Assembly: GCA_002684935.1 (NCBI GenBank)
Contig: NYWC01000113.1
Location: forward strand, 1-36,954
DNA length: 36,954 nt
Source of the DNA: Gammaproteobacteria bacterium
GTDB lineage: Bacteria > Pseudomonadota > Gammaproteobacteria > Pseudomonadales > Pseudohongiellaceae
Direction: 5' to 3'
The first letter of the stretch is position 1. Every line of letters begins with the position of its first letter. This document shows, one piece after another, positions 23,971-34,271 of this stretch. A program made the position numbers and the translations under genes. The notes beneath the pieces were generated by a model. It was given only the letters and a program-made list of their open reading frames with translations. It had not been told where the DNA came from and did not search any database.

Positions 23971-25238
23971 TGGCTGACAACTTATCATTGCTAGGCGGCA
24001 GAATGCCTACACAGCAGCAAGGCCCAAAGCTAAGCACTGTATTGCAGGGATTGCAGGCTGCGTACACAGGTCAAGGCCCGCAGTTTCAGCAGCAGATGCG
24101 AGCTGAAGAGCAGTATCAGCGTCAGTCTGCTATGCAGGATTTTCAGATGCAGGAAACGCTTGCTAAGTCTGCTGCTCAGGACGCTGTAAGAATTAGAGGT
24201 TTGCTGGGTGCTGGGAATGTGAATCAGGCTATCGAGCTTCTGCGAGACAGGGCTCAGCTAGAAAATAGGATTGGCGCATCTAGTGATGCAACGCAAAATC
24301 TCATGCAGATGCTCATGAGCGATCCCGCGTCTGCTATACCATCGCTTGATTCCGCGATAAACAGCGCGTATCAGATCGGCCTAATACAGATGCCAGCGCT
24401 TTCTGAAACGCAAAAATTGCAAATGCAAGGTATGCAGGCAGATTGGAACGCTGCCAGAAACTCTATTGTTGACACAATGGAGGGAAACAACAAATTGGCT
24501 GCTGATGCTGTTACTGGCTTTAACAAGCTAGAATCTTTGGCTGGGTTTATCACAAAAGCGCAAGACAAAAATGCAACCGATATTGAAAAACGATCTGGCA
24601 GACAGGCGGCGGCAACTATTCTTACGATTATGGCAAGAATGGCAAGTCCCGGTGTTGTGACTGATAGGGATTTTGCTAATCAGGCTGGAGGTCAGAGTCT
24701 TCAGGCTGGTGTTATAGATTATATTAGAAATTTAGGTCAGTCTGATCCACAAGTTGCCTCTTTACTTGCATCTTTTGACCCAACAAATCCTGAATTGCTA
24801 GATGTTGATGCTTTAGTTGGTCAAGCTAGAGGTTTAATTACTGGACAAGCTCCATCAATCCTTTCGACTTATGCCTCTCAGAAACAAAGAGCGCAGGCTT
24901 ACAATCCTAGTCAAAATTTCATGAGTGCGGAATTTGGAGCGTCTTCGGCGAGGAACATAAGGGACTTAATTAATGTTTCTTATGGTGATGCCTTTGACTC
25001 AAGAGAGTTTTTTAGAAACCCAACATCATACTTGGAGAGACAAATTCAAGATATGCCTGCCGTTGGGCCTAATACAACTGTTCCATCTGCAGCAGGATCG
25101 ATTGGTGTCCTGCAATATGAAAGTGAAGAAGAAATGAATGCAGCCCTTCAGAGTGGGCAAATAACTGAAGCTGATGTTCCAAACATTAAAGTAAAAGCGT
25201 CTGATGGAAATTATTACCCAGCAAGATTTAGGGATTGA
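23970..25238 (+). CDS. Putative ejection/internal virion protein (Gln-rich, 422 aa)
   Basis: TAATG coupling upstream. Position between hub and fibre. No enzymatic motif seen. Confidence 0.45.
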   Translation: MADNLSLLGGRMPTQQQGPKLSTVLQGLQAAYTGQGPQFQQQMRAEEQYQRQSAMQDFQMQETLAKSAAQDAVRIRGLLGAGNVNQAIELLRDRAQLENRIGASSDATQNLMQMLMSDPASAIPSLDSAINSAYQIGLIQMPALSETQKLQMQGMQADWNAARNSIVDTMEGNNKLAADAVTGFNKLESLAGFITKAQDKNATDIEKRSGRQAAATILTIMARMASPGVVTDRDFANQAGGQSLQAGVIDYIRNLGQSDPQVASLLASFDPTNPELLDVDALVGQARGLITGQAPSILSTYASQKQRAQAYNPSQNFMSAEFGASSARNIRDLINVSYGDAFDSREFFRNPTSYLERQIQDMPAVGPNTTVPSAAGSIGVLQYESEEEMNAALQSGQITEADVPNIKVKASDGNYYPARFRD

Positions 25239-25241
25239 TAT

Positions 25242-27365
25242 ATGGCTCCCCAAACGAAGACATTAATAGCAGATACAAGTCAGGCTCCTGTTGTTACTAG
25301 CGCTCCTGCGCCTCTAAGAGAGATAGGCGAGCCTCAAAGAAGTCTTGTAGCTGACATACCTCTTACGCCCGAGCAGAAATCTGCAAGAGAACTGTACCCT
25401 ACAAGAGTGGGCGAGGTGCTTCCTGAAAGTGGAGTTGTCGCTCGCACAGGACTGGGTGCGCTTAGTGCTTTAACATTTGATCCAAACGAATTCGCGCAGA
25501 TACTAAAGGTTGCTGATCCTAGAATACAGGTAAGCACAGGGCCAAGAGGCGGTGTTTACATTAATCACCCTGAGAATCCTCAGACCTATGTTGTTAATAA
25601 GCCGGGTTTAAGCTTAGGAGATGTTCCTCAAACAATAGCAGCAATTACTGCGGCAACTCCTGCTGGTTTTGGTAGAACTTTGTTGACCAGAGCGGCATTA
25701 GAAGCGGCAACGCAAGCTGCAATAGAATTAGCCCAAAGTAAAGCTGGTGGCGAGTTTAATGTCGGAGAGGTAGCAATGGCTCCGATGTTTAGCGTTGCTT
25801 CAGATTTGCCCGGAGTGGTCTCTGCGGGAAGACAAGAATCCGCAATGAGAGGTCAGGTAGCCGGAACGCTTGAAGAGGAAGCGGCTCCTGAAATATCTCG
25901 CGTAGCAAGAGAGGCAACAACTGGGCGGGCTCCGCAAGCTGCTGAGCGTATGGTTGATGTTGTTCGACCTGATCCTGTTAGGGCTAGGGCTGTTGAGGAG
26001 TTAGGATTAGAAGAAGTCACTCCAGCAAGGATGGTTTCTCAAAATCCTCAATATATTCAGGTTGAACAGGCTCTGGCTCAGATTCCCGGCTCAGCAATGG
26101 CTAATTCGGAGAAGCAGTTTATAGACCAACTATCCGCTAGGGCTGGAAACTTTATAGATGACTTTGGAGGAAGCCGGGATTTAATCACCGTAGATGATCG
26201 CATCAAGAAAGAAATGAGCGACACAATGGATGGGCTGAGAACTCAGTCTGATGCTCTTTACGCAAAGATTAGCGCAACAATTGACCCTAGAACTAGAATA
26301 AGTAATTTGCGTCCACTTAGGGACGCGCTTAGGTCAAAGGCAATAGATGCTGGCGGTGTAAAAAATTTATCTCAACCAGAGCAGCAATTATTTAGAGAAG
26401 TGCAAAGATCAATGTCAGCAACAGGTAGAGCTGGTCAGATGACTTACACTCGACTTGATGAACTTAGGAAGAAAATAGGAGAGCAATACGGCAACGCGTC
26501 GAGAGGTATGTTTGCTGGAGATGCCGCATCGTTTCAGCTTGGTAGATTGTATGACGCTCTTACAGAGGCGCAGGATCAGGCTCTTAGAGACATTGACCCA
26601 TCTATGTCTCAGGTTTGGCAAACAGCAAAAGGTCTTGTTGCTGAAAGAAAAGGTCTTGAAGAGATAGCCAAGAATGTTGCTGGCAGGAATATGGAGAGGA
26701 ATATTGTTCCTCAACTAACCAGAGCTATGAATCAGTTATCTCAGGGAAACAGTCAATTGTTCAAGCAGGTTATAGAAGCGGTCCCAGAAGGTATGAGACA
26801 AGAAGCTGTAGTAACTGCTCTTGGTGGTATTTTTACCCGTGGAGGCAGAACGAACGTGGAATTATCTCCCGGTCAATTTGCTGCTTGGTGGAGTAAAATT
26901 AAGAGAGACACTGGCGCTAGGGATTTGCTTTTTAGAAATCTTCCTTCCGGCGGCGCAAAGTATCTCAATAACTTAGCGTCTATATCAAAGGCTTATGCAG
27001 ATGCAGCGGCGTCTGCTCCCAGAACTGGTATAACTAACGCAATGGAAATGATGAATAACGACAATGGATTCATCAGCAAGTTTTTTGGAGAAATACCTAT
27101 AGCTGGCAAGTGGGTAAAATGGGCTTTGGAGTCTGCTCCAGAAGATACCCTTAAAGCCGCGAGTCAAATGATGGGAGATCCAACATTTAAAAGAATTATC
27201 GTTAGATCTGCAAAAGGAGAGCCCACAGATAGAGCTGAGGCTAGCTTTATAAAAAGCAAGGTATTTAATAACTGGGCAAACACTGTTCCAGCCAATATTA
27301 AAGAAAGAGCATTAGCCGTAGGTGTGGCTAATTACTTTTTGAACAGTACAAGCGGTGATGAATAA
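25242..27365 (+). CDS. Putative ejection/internal virion protein (707 aa)
   Basis: Long ORF directly upstream of the fibre gene, with TAATG coupling downstream. Confidence 0.45.
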   Translation: MAPQTKTLIADTSQAPVVTSAPAPLREIGEPQRSLVADIPLTPEQKSARELYPTRVGEVLPESGVVARTGLGALSALTFDPNEFAQILKVADPRIQVSTGPRGGVYINHPENPQTYVVNKPGLSLGDVPQTIAAITAATPAGFGRTLLTRAALEAATQAAIELAQSKAGGEFNVGEVAMAPMFSVASDLPGVVSAGRQESAMRGQVAGTLEEEAAPEISRVAREATTGRAPQAAERMVDVVRPDPVRARAVEELGLEEVTPARMVSQNPQYIQVEQALAQIPGSAMANSEKQFIDQLSARAGNFIDDFGGSRDLITVDDRIKKEMSDTMDGLRTQSDALYAKISATIDPRTRISNLRPLRDALRSKAIDAGGVKNLSQPEQQLFREVQRSMSATGRAGQMTYTRLDELRKKIGEQYGNASRGMFAGDAASFQLGRLYDALTEAQDQALRDIDPSMSQVWQTAKGLVAERKGLEEIAKNVAGRNMERNIVPQLTRAMNQLSQGNSQLFKQVIEAVPEGMRQEAVVTALGGIFTRGGRTNVELSPGQFAAWWSKIKRDTGARDLLFRNLPSGGAKYLNNLASISKAYADAAASAPRTGITNAMEMMNNDNGFISKFFGEIPIAGKWVKWALESAPEDTLKAASQMMGDPTFKRIIVRSAKGEPTDRAEASFIKSKVFNNWANTVPANIKERALAVGVANYFLNSTSGDE

Positions 27366-30300
27366 TGGCTAGATTCGGCGAGATAAACGCACAATACTTT
27401 GATGACGCTGGCGATCCTCTAAGCAGCGGTAAGATATATTTCTACGAGACAGGTACGACTACTCTCAAGGATACCTTCAGCGACATCAACCAGACTATTG
27501 CTAACACCAATCCGGTCATTCTGAGCGCGGCTGGTAGGCAACCAAACATATTCTTCAGCGGTACTGCTAAGGCGATACTGGTAGACAAGAACGATGTGCA
27601 GATACTGGTCCGTGACCCTATAGGTCAGACAGCTAGTGTATTTGGTGACGGTTGGGTAGCTACGAAGATATACAGTGCTGATGCTGTGGTATTGGGTAGC
27701 GATGGTCAATACTACCGATCTCTCGCCGCAGGCAACCAGAACAACGATCCTACGTCTACGTCAGGATACTGGACGCTTCTCTACTCGGTAGAATGGAACG
27801 CCGGGATAACCTATCAAACTGGCGCAGTTGTTACTTACAACAATCTCCAGTATCAGAGTCTGCAGAACAGTAATTTAAACAACAATCCCGCCAGCGTTAC
27901 GGCATACTGGGCAAGCATAGCCTTTGCGTGGTTATCTACTCGCACCTACGCTATCCACGAGAATGTGGTAGGCACAGATGGCATCTTGTACACCAGTTTG
28001 CAAAACAGCAACACGGGTAACGTCCCAGCCAGCTCTGGCAGTCACTGGGTAGGTACGTCAGCGGCAGCAGCGGCGAGTGCTACGGCGGCGGCAAGCTCAG
28101 CGACAGCAGCGGCTACCTCTGCAACGAATGCGGCTACTTCTGCAACCAATGCTGGAAACAGTGCAACAGCGGCAGCTTCAAGTGCAACCAGTGCTGCCTC
28201 AAGTGCAACTACCGCTACTACAAAGGCTAGCGAAGCAGCAACGTCTGCTACAACAGCCACTACAAAAGCTGCAGAGGCATCAACATCTGCCTCAAATGCC
28301 GCAACCTCGGCAACTAACGCGGGCAACTCCGCAACTGCTGCGGCCAGCTCAGCTACTGCGGCTGCAACTTCAGAGACCAATGCCGGGAACTCGGCAACGG
28401 CTGCTGCAACCTCTGCGACTAACGCAGCAAGCAGTGCTACAGCAGCGGCTTCAAGTGCAACCACAGCAACAACTAAGGCTAGCGAGGCGGCAACCAGCGC
28501 TACTAATGCAGCTACGTCAGAAACTAATGCAGGCAACTCTGCTACAGCGGCAGCGACTTCAGCAACCAATGCAGCGACAAGTGCTACAGCAGCGGCAGGA
28601 AGTGCTACTTCGGCTGCTTCGTCAGCCACAGATGCGGCTAATAAATACGATGAATTTGATGATAGGTATCTAGGCGCTAAGTCGAGTGATCCAACAGTAG
28701 ACAACGATGGCAATGCGCTAGTTACTGGTGCGATTTATTTCAATACGTCTTCCAATGTGATGAAAGTATACGGAGGCTCTTCTTGGGCAAACGTAGCACC
28801 TACTGCAACAAGCATTACTTTATCTCAGGTGTCTGATGTCACAGCTACGGCAGCAGAGGTAAACGTATTAGATGGCATTCCTGCTGGTCTTACAGCTACA
28901 GAGTTGGGCTATGTGGATGGTGTGACCAGTAGTATACAAACACAGTTAAACAATATTTCTGTGACCGCTGGCACTCAAACCAAGACATACTCCGCAGGTG
29001 AAACATCTACTATTACCTTGTCGAGTAATGTGCTGTCTCCTGTCGTTGGAGTAACTAAAGAAGTGGCTCAGACAGGTGTAAGCAATAACGCTTGGGATGT
29101 AAATTCATCCTCAGAGAACTACACGAGATATAACACTGCTACTGCGACTACTTTGACACCTTCTGCTGTTGGTAATGGTACATTTACACTTGGGTCAGGG
29201 TCGTTTAGTTCTGCGGATGTTGGGAAAACAATTGTGGGTAATGGCGGAGTGGCAGTTCTTACCGCAACAAGTGGAGCCTATGTAACATCAACAAATTTCA
29301 CAAACACAAACGCAATAGCTTCAGGCTCTTGGCAAATGTATGCAATGGTATTTAACACAACGGACGGTGACTTAGAGCTAAGTGCTTATAGCGATACTTA
29401 TAATTTTAGTGCTCAAACACAACTTTATAATCCCACTTTTTATCAAGGCTCAGGCAGTGAAAGTGATTTTACAAGACCCGTAGGAATTCACTGGAATACT
29501 GCGGGTACTTATTTTACGACTATAGATAGTAATGGTGACAAATTATACACATGGGCAGCTAATGGTGCTTATGATGGCTCATCTTTTAGTTTAGATAACT
29601 CTCATAGTGTTAGCAGCCAGACAGGATCACCAACAGGGTTTTGCTTTCTTTACAATGGAGGTTCTTACAATAAATTATTTGTTGTTAGTGGAAGTACTAT
29701 TTTTTCATACAGTCTTACTGTCGCACAAAGAGTAAATGGTGGTACGTCGTATGATAATGTAAGCAAAGCAAGTATGTCTGATGTAACTGGTGTTCTAGTG
29801 ACTAATGATGGTACGCAAGTGTATTGTTGTGCTGATGATGGTGATATTTATCATTACACCATGAGTACTGCTAATGACCTATCAACAGCTTCAAACGCTG
29901 CTACTGGTGAGCAATTCCATTTGCCTAGTTACAGCAGTGCTACATGGAAAGATATGCAATATCAAAATAGTGGCACTGAGTTGTGGCTAATAGATGGCAG
30001 TAATTATATTTATAAATATTCATTATCTACAGCCTACCGTATAGAAACAGCAAGTTTTGTTGCTCGCTACTCCTTTACAGACCCACAAACTACAGCAGGA
30101 TTCGCAATAGAAAATAATGGCTCAAGATTCTATACAGTAGGCGATTATGGAAGATTATATGGATACAGTATTGGTGCAGGAGTAAGCATACCAACTGGCT
30201 ATCACGCAGCCCACACTATAACCTCCACAGACTCAACCTACTGGACTGACATCAACTCAATGACAGCAGATGAAGCTGCTGGTAATGGTGCTATCTACTA

Positions 30301-30754
30301 CTGCGTATCTACTGATGACCGAACAACTTGGAAGGTTGCCAAAGGTACTGATGGTGAAAGAAACATTGCTAAGAATAATTCAGGAACTTGGCAGTATAAC
30401 TCTAACGCGACTTATGGTTCAGAGACTTGGACTAACGCAACAGTCAATGCAGAGCTTTATGCCATACAGGAGGCGATGGGAACAGCAGCGAATCAAATGA
30501 ACAAAACCCAGCTAGACGCTATCCCTGATGCTAATCACTTTACGTTAGCTAACGATCTTGATCTAGCAATCATATTCAACATGAGCAGCGGCTCAACAAT
30601 TCCAAGCAGTGACGGTGTAGCTATCAACTATGATGCCAATGTCTTAAATCAAGGTGCAATACTAGGCACTGACTACACCTACGATGCGCCTGCGCAGAAC
30701 AAGGTTAGGATAACGTCAACGAGCGCGGCTAACTTAAAGGTTAGGATTGTTTAA
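27365..30754 (+). CDS. Tail fibre: conserved N-terminal anchor, 3 CBM5/12-like repeats, ~27 Ser/Ala/Thr heptads, beta-propeller-like distal domain
   Basis: Motifs [21 protein letters not shown], 3x W..Y..G..V...G..Y......N..P.....W, SATxAxx heptads, [28 protein letters not shown], and five Y-rich blade-like repeats. Confidence 0.8.
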   Translation: MARFGEINAQYFDDAGDPLSSGKIYFYETGTTTLKDTFSDINQTIANTNPVILSAAGRQPNIFFSGTAKAILVDKNDVQILVRDPIGQTASVFGDGWVATKIYSADAVVLGSDGQYYRSLAAGNQNNDPTSTSGYWTLLYSVEWNAGITYQTGAVVTYNNLQYQSLQNSNLNNNPASVTAYWASIAFAWLSTRTYAIHENVVGTDGILYTSLQNSNTGNVPASSGSHWVGTSAAAAASATAAASSATAAATSATNAATSATNAGNSATAAASSATSAASSATTATTKASEAATSATTATTKAAEASTSASNAATSATNAGNSATAAASSATAAATSETNAGNSATAAATSATNAASSATAAASSATTATTKASEAATSATNAATSETNAGNSATAAATSATNAATSATAAAGSATSAASSATDAANKYDEFDDRYLGAKSSDPTVDNDGNALVTGAIYFNTSSNVMKVYGGSSWANVAPTATSITLSQVSDVTATAAEVNVLDGIPAGLTATELGYVDGVTSSIQTQLNNISVTAGTQTKTYSAGETSTITLSSNVLSPVVGVTKEVAQTGVSNNAWDVNSSSENYTRYNTATATTLTPSAVGNGTFTLGSGSFSSADVGKTIVGNGGVAVLTATSGAYVTSTNFTNTNAIASGSWQMYAMVFNTTDGDLELSAYSDTYNFSAQTQLYNPTFYQGSGSESDFTRPVGIHWNTAGTYFTTIDSNGDKLYTWAANGAYDGSSFSLDNSHSVSSQTGSPTGFCFLYNGGSYNKLFVVSGSTIFSYSLTVAQRVNGGTSYDNVSKASMSDVTGVLVTNDGTQVYCCADDGDIYHYTMSTANDLSTASNAATGEQFHLPSYSSATWKDMQYQNSGTELWLIDGSNYIYKYSLSTAYRIETASFVARYSFTDPQTTAGFAIENNGSRFYTVGDYGRLYGYSIGAGVSIPTGYHAAHTITSTDSTYWTDINSMTADEAAGNGAIYYCVSTDDRTTWKVAKGTDGERNIAKNNSGTWQYNSNATYGSETWTNATVNAELYAIQEAMGTAANQMNKTQLDAIPDANHFTLANDLDLAIIFNMSSGSTIPSSDGVAINYDANVLNQGAILGTDYTYDAPAQNKVRITSTSAANLKVRIV
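28058..28642 (+). repeat. 21-nt (heptad) tandem-repeat tract inside the tail fibre gene
   Basis: About 27 consecutive SAT(N/A/S/T)A(A/G/T)(S/T/N) heptads. All frames are open on both strands here, hence track ORFs 28042..28713(-) and 28077..28673(+). Confidence 0.9.
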
Positions 30755-30763
30755 TTTTGTGCG

Positions 30764-31657
30764 ATGAAAAAGTACGTTGCGGTTATAGTGGCCAGCTTTT
30801 TAGCTTTCCCTGTCTTTGGACAGGACACTACGACTAACATAAACACGACTGCAACTAACACTGCAACGTCTACCGCTACGTCTACAAATACCAATAATAA
30901 TAACAACGTAAACAGTAGCACGACTAACTATACTGGTACGTCTACGAACACTAATAATAACAACAACGTAAACACGAACACTAATACCAACAATACAGAT
31001 TACACTGGTACGTCTACTAACGTAAACACAAACACCAACACAAACACGACAGATTACACCGGGCTAATAACTAATTTAAACACTAACACCAACACGAATA
31101 GCACCACTAATAACAGCACTTCTGTTAGCAGCGCAACAAACGTAAATCAAAATACAAATAACAGTACCAGCGTGAATACATCGTTATCTAACAGCACAAG
31201 TTTTCAGACTACAAACTCTGTGTCGGACATTAACGCAATAAATCAAAACAGTAACACCAACACCAACAGCTCTATCAGTAATTCAACCCAGCGAGTTACT
31301 CAGAAAGTGGAATCACCGCCTCCATCAGCTATTGCGCCGTCAATAGGCAGCTCTTACAGCCAAGACCTTTGCACCACAGGTATATCAGGCGCTGTCCAAA
31401 CCCAAATACTTGGATTCTCTACCGGGAAGTCTGTTCGTGATCAAAACTGCGAAAGAATTAAATTGGGTAAGACCTTATATGATATGGGTATGCGTGTTGC
31501 AGCGGTAAGCCTCATGTGCCAAGACTACCGCGTGTGGTCTAGCATGATGTACGCAGGTACACCCTGTCCGTATGAAGGCAAGATAGGTGACGAGGCGAAA
31601 CTCTTGTGGGAGGCCAACCCAGACAAGATACCTGAGCCTGACAGGAGAGTGCGGTGA
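30764..31657 (+). CDS. Sec-exported Asn/Thr-rich low-complexity protein with a 4-Cys C-terminal domain
   Basis: Signal peptide MKKYVAVIVASFLAFPVFG-QD. TN-rich repeats with 3x (N/D)YTG(T/L) units. C-terminal ~110 aa are non-repetitive with 4 Cys. Confidence 0.7.
   Translation: MKKYVAVIVASFLAFPVFGQDTTTNINTTATNTATSTATSTNTNNNNNVNSSTTNYTGTSTNTNNNNNVNTNTNTNNTDYTGTSTNVNTNTNTNTTDYTGLITNLNTNTNTNSTTNNSTSVSSATNVNQNTNNSTSVNTSLSNSTSFQTTNSVSDINAINQNSNTNTNSSISNSTQRVTQKVESPPPSAIAPSIGSSYSQDLCTTGISGAVQTQILGFSTGKSVRDQNCERIKLGKTLYDMGMRVAAVSLMCQDYRVWSSMMYAGTPCPYEGKIGDEAKLLWEANPDKIPEPDRRVR
30827..31313 (+). repeat. Low-complexity ACN/AAY (Thr/Asn) tract
   Basis: Runs of aacaccaacac / aataataacaac read directly from the sequence. 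Confidence 0.85.
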
Positions 31658-33558
31658 AAAGGTTTGTACTGCTTTGCCTGCTTCCCGTGTTTGCGTCTGC
31701 CGCTGATCTCAGCCCAACAGGTATGACACAAGTCCTGAACGGTGTGGACGATAGTGCTTATCACGTTGAGCTTGGGCATACCTTCCCTCATCTGGATAAA
31801 GTGTTTACTGATGCGTGGATGTCCACCAACGGTTTTATTCTCCTCTGGTCGCCTACGAATAACCTTGGTCAGCAAACCCTGCCGACAGGTGGTCACTGCT
31901 GTGACGGATATAACTTTGGAGCGGGTACGCCTAATTATCTAGATAACAGAGTAGGGCAGTTTAGCTATATGCTTGCTCCATTATGGACAGATTTAGATGA
32001 CACTAACGTGTTTGATGATGACGGTTACTATTATTCTACTAATACAGAGCGGTCTAGTTTTCTTTGGTACAAGGTCAGGGAATACAACAATCCTCTGGCA
32101 ATGAATACCTTTCAGTTAAACATAGACAAGTCTGGAGGGTTTGAATACATCTACGATGACGTATTTATTAACAACCATGAGGTGTTTATAGGCTGGACAG
32201 GAGACACCGCAGCCGATCCGTTTTGGCACACTCAGCAGTTTTATGGAAATAAATTCACTATGAGTAGCACCTACGCCAACGCAACAGGAGCGCAGCTTAT
32301 ATCTGCTTATGGTGGTGATTTGTCTACTAATAGCTACAGCAATGGAAACTTTGGGCTTGTAGGTAGGCCAGATTGTACAAACCCTGCAAACGATTCAACT
32401 TGTGATGGCTACTGGGACGCGGTGGCGCAGTCTAGTGTGACCGATCAGTACACAGATAATGTGTTTGGCGATGAAGTAGAAGACTACTTCTTTACTGATA
32501 ATCAAAGTCGTCAAGGACAGCCACAGACTACACCGCCTCCACAGCCTTATCAAAACACTTCTCAAGAGCGCGAGATGTTCGGGCTTGCTCCCAGAGCAGA
32601 TGAGCCACCAACTGGAGAGCCTGAGCGTCCTGAGCAACAACGTCAGCAACAACAGCAGCAACCTGAGCCGATTGTAAGAACTGAACCTGAGCGCGTTGAA
32701 AGACCTGTAGAGGTAGCAGAAGAGCCAGTGCAGGTGGTTAGGGAATCAAGGCCCGAGCCACGCCCTGACCGTGCTGTAGTCCGTCAAGAACCCGTGGAAG
32801 TCGAGCGGGTGCAAAGAGAAGAGCGTGTAGAGATTGTTCGTGAGCCAGAACCCGAGAAAGAGGCAGAAAAAGTAATAGAGCGTGAGGTAATACGCCCTGC
32901 TGTCGATGTCGTGGGTATAGCTCTTAGCACTGTCGGGCAGTCAGCTTATCGAAATAATTCAGTCAATTCGCAAACACAGATGGTGCTTCAGGATCAGCAA
33001 GAGCTTGAACAGACAACAAGTGTTTTCAGCACCGAGGCTCAGATTACTCAAGTTGTAGCGCAACAAGCCCAGCAGCAGAAGACTAATACAATCACTACAT
33101 CGGAGCTTGCACCGCCAACGCAGATGCAGTTTGAGAATGATTTTAATGACGCGATAGCTACAGGCCAAAGCGTAGGTCAATTCCTGTCAGCACAGCTTCC
33201 AGATTTCAGCAGGTTTGACGTCTCGCCTCCCAGTCAAGATGAGCAACGTACAGTGCAACGGGCTGAGACTCAGATACAGACTATGAGCCAAGCTGATGTA
33301 CAGCAGAGCTTAGATAGTCAGCTAGAGAACTTAGAAGATACTGGCGGTTTTACCGATCAAAGTCTTGCGGTGTTTCTCATATCAAACAATCCAGCTTTCT
33401 CGCAGTACGACAACGTAAATATATCCGACAGACAACAGTTTTACTCGTCCACGCAGCCCTATCCATCGAACAGTATTCGGGCAAATCCATTAGGTGTGCT
33501 GCGCGTGACGGGTAATTCGGGCTATGACGATTTGGTGGATTTACAATGGCAGAGATAG
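31654..33558 (+). CDS. Sec-exported protein: NIDO-like N-terminal domain, Pro/Glu/Arg-rich (TonB-like) spacer, Gln-rich C-terminal region
   Basis: Signal peptide MKRFVLLCLLPVFASA-AD. LAPLWTDLDD...NTFQLNIDKSGGFEYIYDDV resembles the APFWxD...NTFQ signature. Spacer reads EPERPEQQRQQQQQQPEPIVRTEPERVERPVEVAEEP.... Confidence 0.7.
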   Translation: MKRFVLLCLLPVFASAADLSPTGMTQVLNGVDDSAYHVELGHTFPHLDKVFTDAWMSTNGFILLWSPTNNLGQQTLPTGGHCCDGYNFGAGTPNYLDNRVGQFSYMLAPLWTDLDDTNVFDDDGYYYSTNTERSSFLWYKVREYNNPLAMNTFQLNIDKSGGFEYIYDDVFINNHEVFIGWTGDTAADPFWHTQQFYGNKFTMSSTYANATGAQLISAYGGDLSTNSYSNGNFGLVGRPDCTNPANDSTCDGYWDAVAQSSVTDQYTDNVFGDEVEDYFFTDNQSRQGQPQTTPPPQPYQNTSQEREMFGLAPRADEPPTGEPERPEQQRQQQQQQPEPIVRTEPERVERPVEVAEEPVQVVRESRPEPRPDRAVVRQEPVEVERVQREERVEIVREPEPEKEAEKVIEREVIRPAVDVVGIALSTVGQSAYRNNSVNSQTQMVLQDQQELEQTTSVFSTEAQITQVVAQQAQQQKTNTITTSELAPPTQMQFENDFNDAIATGQSVGQFLSAQLPDFSRFDVSPPSQDEQRTVQRAETQIQTMSQADVQQSLDSQLENLEDTGGFTDQSLAVFLISNNPAFSQYDNVNISDRQQFYSSTQPYPSNSIRANPLGVLRVTGNSGYDDLVDLQWQR

Positions 33559-34049
33559 AAGTTGGCGAGGTAAAGCTTTCTGGCGGTAAGTTACTGCTTG
33601 TTATACCGTTTTTAGGTAGTATTGGCGCAGCGATGTGGGGCGGCTTCGAGTTGTATCAGCGTTTGTTAGATGCCGAAGAAGCAGTAACTGCCTACGTCTC
33701 ACCTGACTTTAGCTCGTATGATGAAGAATTAGCCGTACTAAGCACTAAATTAGATGCTGCTGAAGTCTTAATAGCAGCCGTTGAGCGAGCTTTAGATCAG
33801 GATATAGTTGAGCTAATGAACAACATTGACCGCCTACAGGTCGATATAGACGCCACAGAGCGCATTGCTAGAGGGACGGATGATTCTGTTGTCTTAGCCA
33901 CGAGAGAGCTTAGAGATGACGTGTACGCTTTAGAAGAGCGTGTAAACGACAGTCTTAGAGATGTAGATAACGAACTACGAGCAATGCGTGATGACCTTGA
34001 GGAACGTATCCAGCGCATACTGGATAACCCTTTAAACGTGGAAGAGTAA
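33546..34049 (+). CDS. Bitopic membrane protein with a coiled-coil ectodomain (i-spanin-like architecture)
   Basis: N-terminal TMD LLLVIPFLGSIGAAMWGGF followed by about 130 aa of charged helical sequence. Confidence 0.5.
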   Translation: MAEIEVGEVKLSGGKLLLVIPFLGSIGAAMWGGFELYQRLLDAEEAVTAYVSPDFSSYDEELAVLSTKLDAAEVLIAAVERALDQDIVELMNNIDRLQVDIDATERIARGTDDSVVLATRELRDDVYALEERVNDSLRDVDNELRAMRDDLEERIQRILDNPLNVEE

Positions 34050-34271
34050 ATGGAATTTCAAACTGGATTTAACGTATTTTTAGCAATCATTAGCTTTGGT
34101 GGCGGTTGGCTAGTTAATCGTGTTTTTGTCTTGCTTGATAGAATCGACGCTGACATGAAGCAAATACCTGAGAAGTATGTTGCCAAAGATGATTACCGCG
34201 AGGACATCCGTGAGATCAAAGAAACACTAGGCGCTATTTTTAAGAAACTAGATAACAAGGCCGAGAAATGA
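34050..34271 (+). CDS. Small single-TMD membrane protein (holin/antiholin candidate)
   Basis: FNVFLAIISFGGGWLVNRVFVLL followed by a highly charged C-terminus. 73 aa. Confidence 0.5.
   Translation: MEFQTGFNVFLAIISFGGGWLVNRVFVLLDRIDADMKQIPEKYVAKDDYREDIREIKETLGAIFKKLDNKAEK

Noticed and set aside
28058-28642. Possible CRISPR-like or satellite array, because of regular short repeats
   Set aside because: The period is 21 nt, in frame with a coding heptad, with no spacer-repeat alternation. It is a coding tandem repeat, not CRISPR.
28042-28713. Long antisense and alternative-frame ORFs (223 aa minus, 198 aa plus) inside the tail fibre
   Set aside because: They are artefacts of the GCN/ACN/AGY-rich 21-nt repeat tract, which lacks stop codons in several frames. 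The fibre frame is continuous over 1129 aa.
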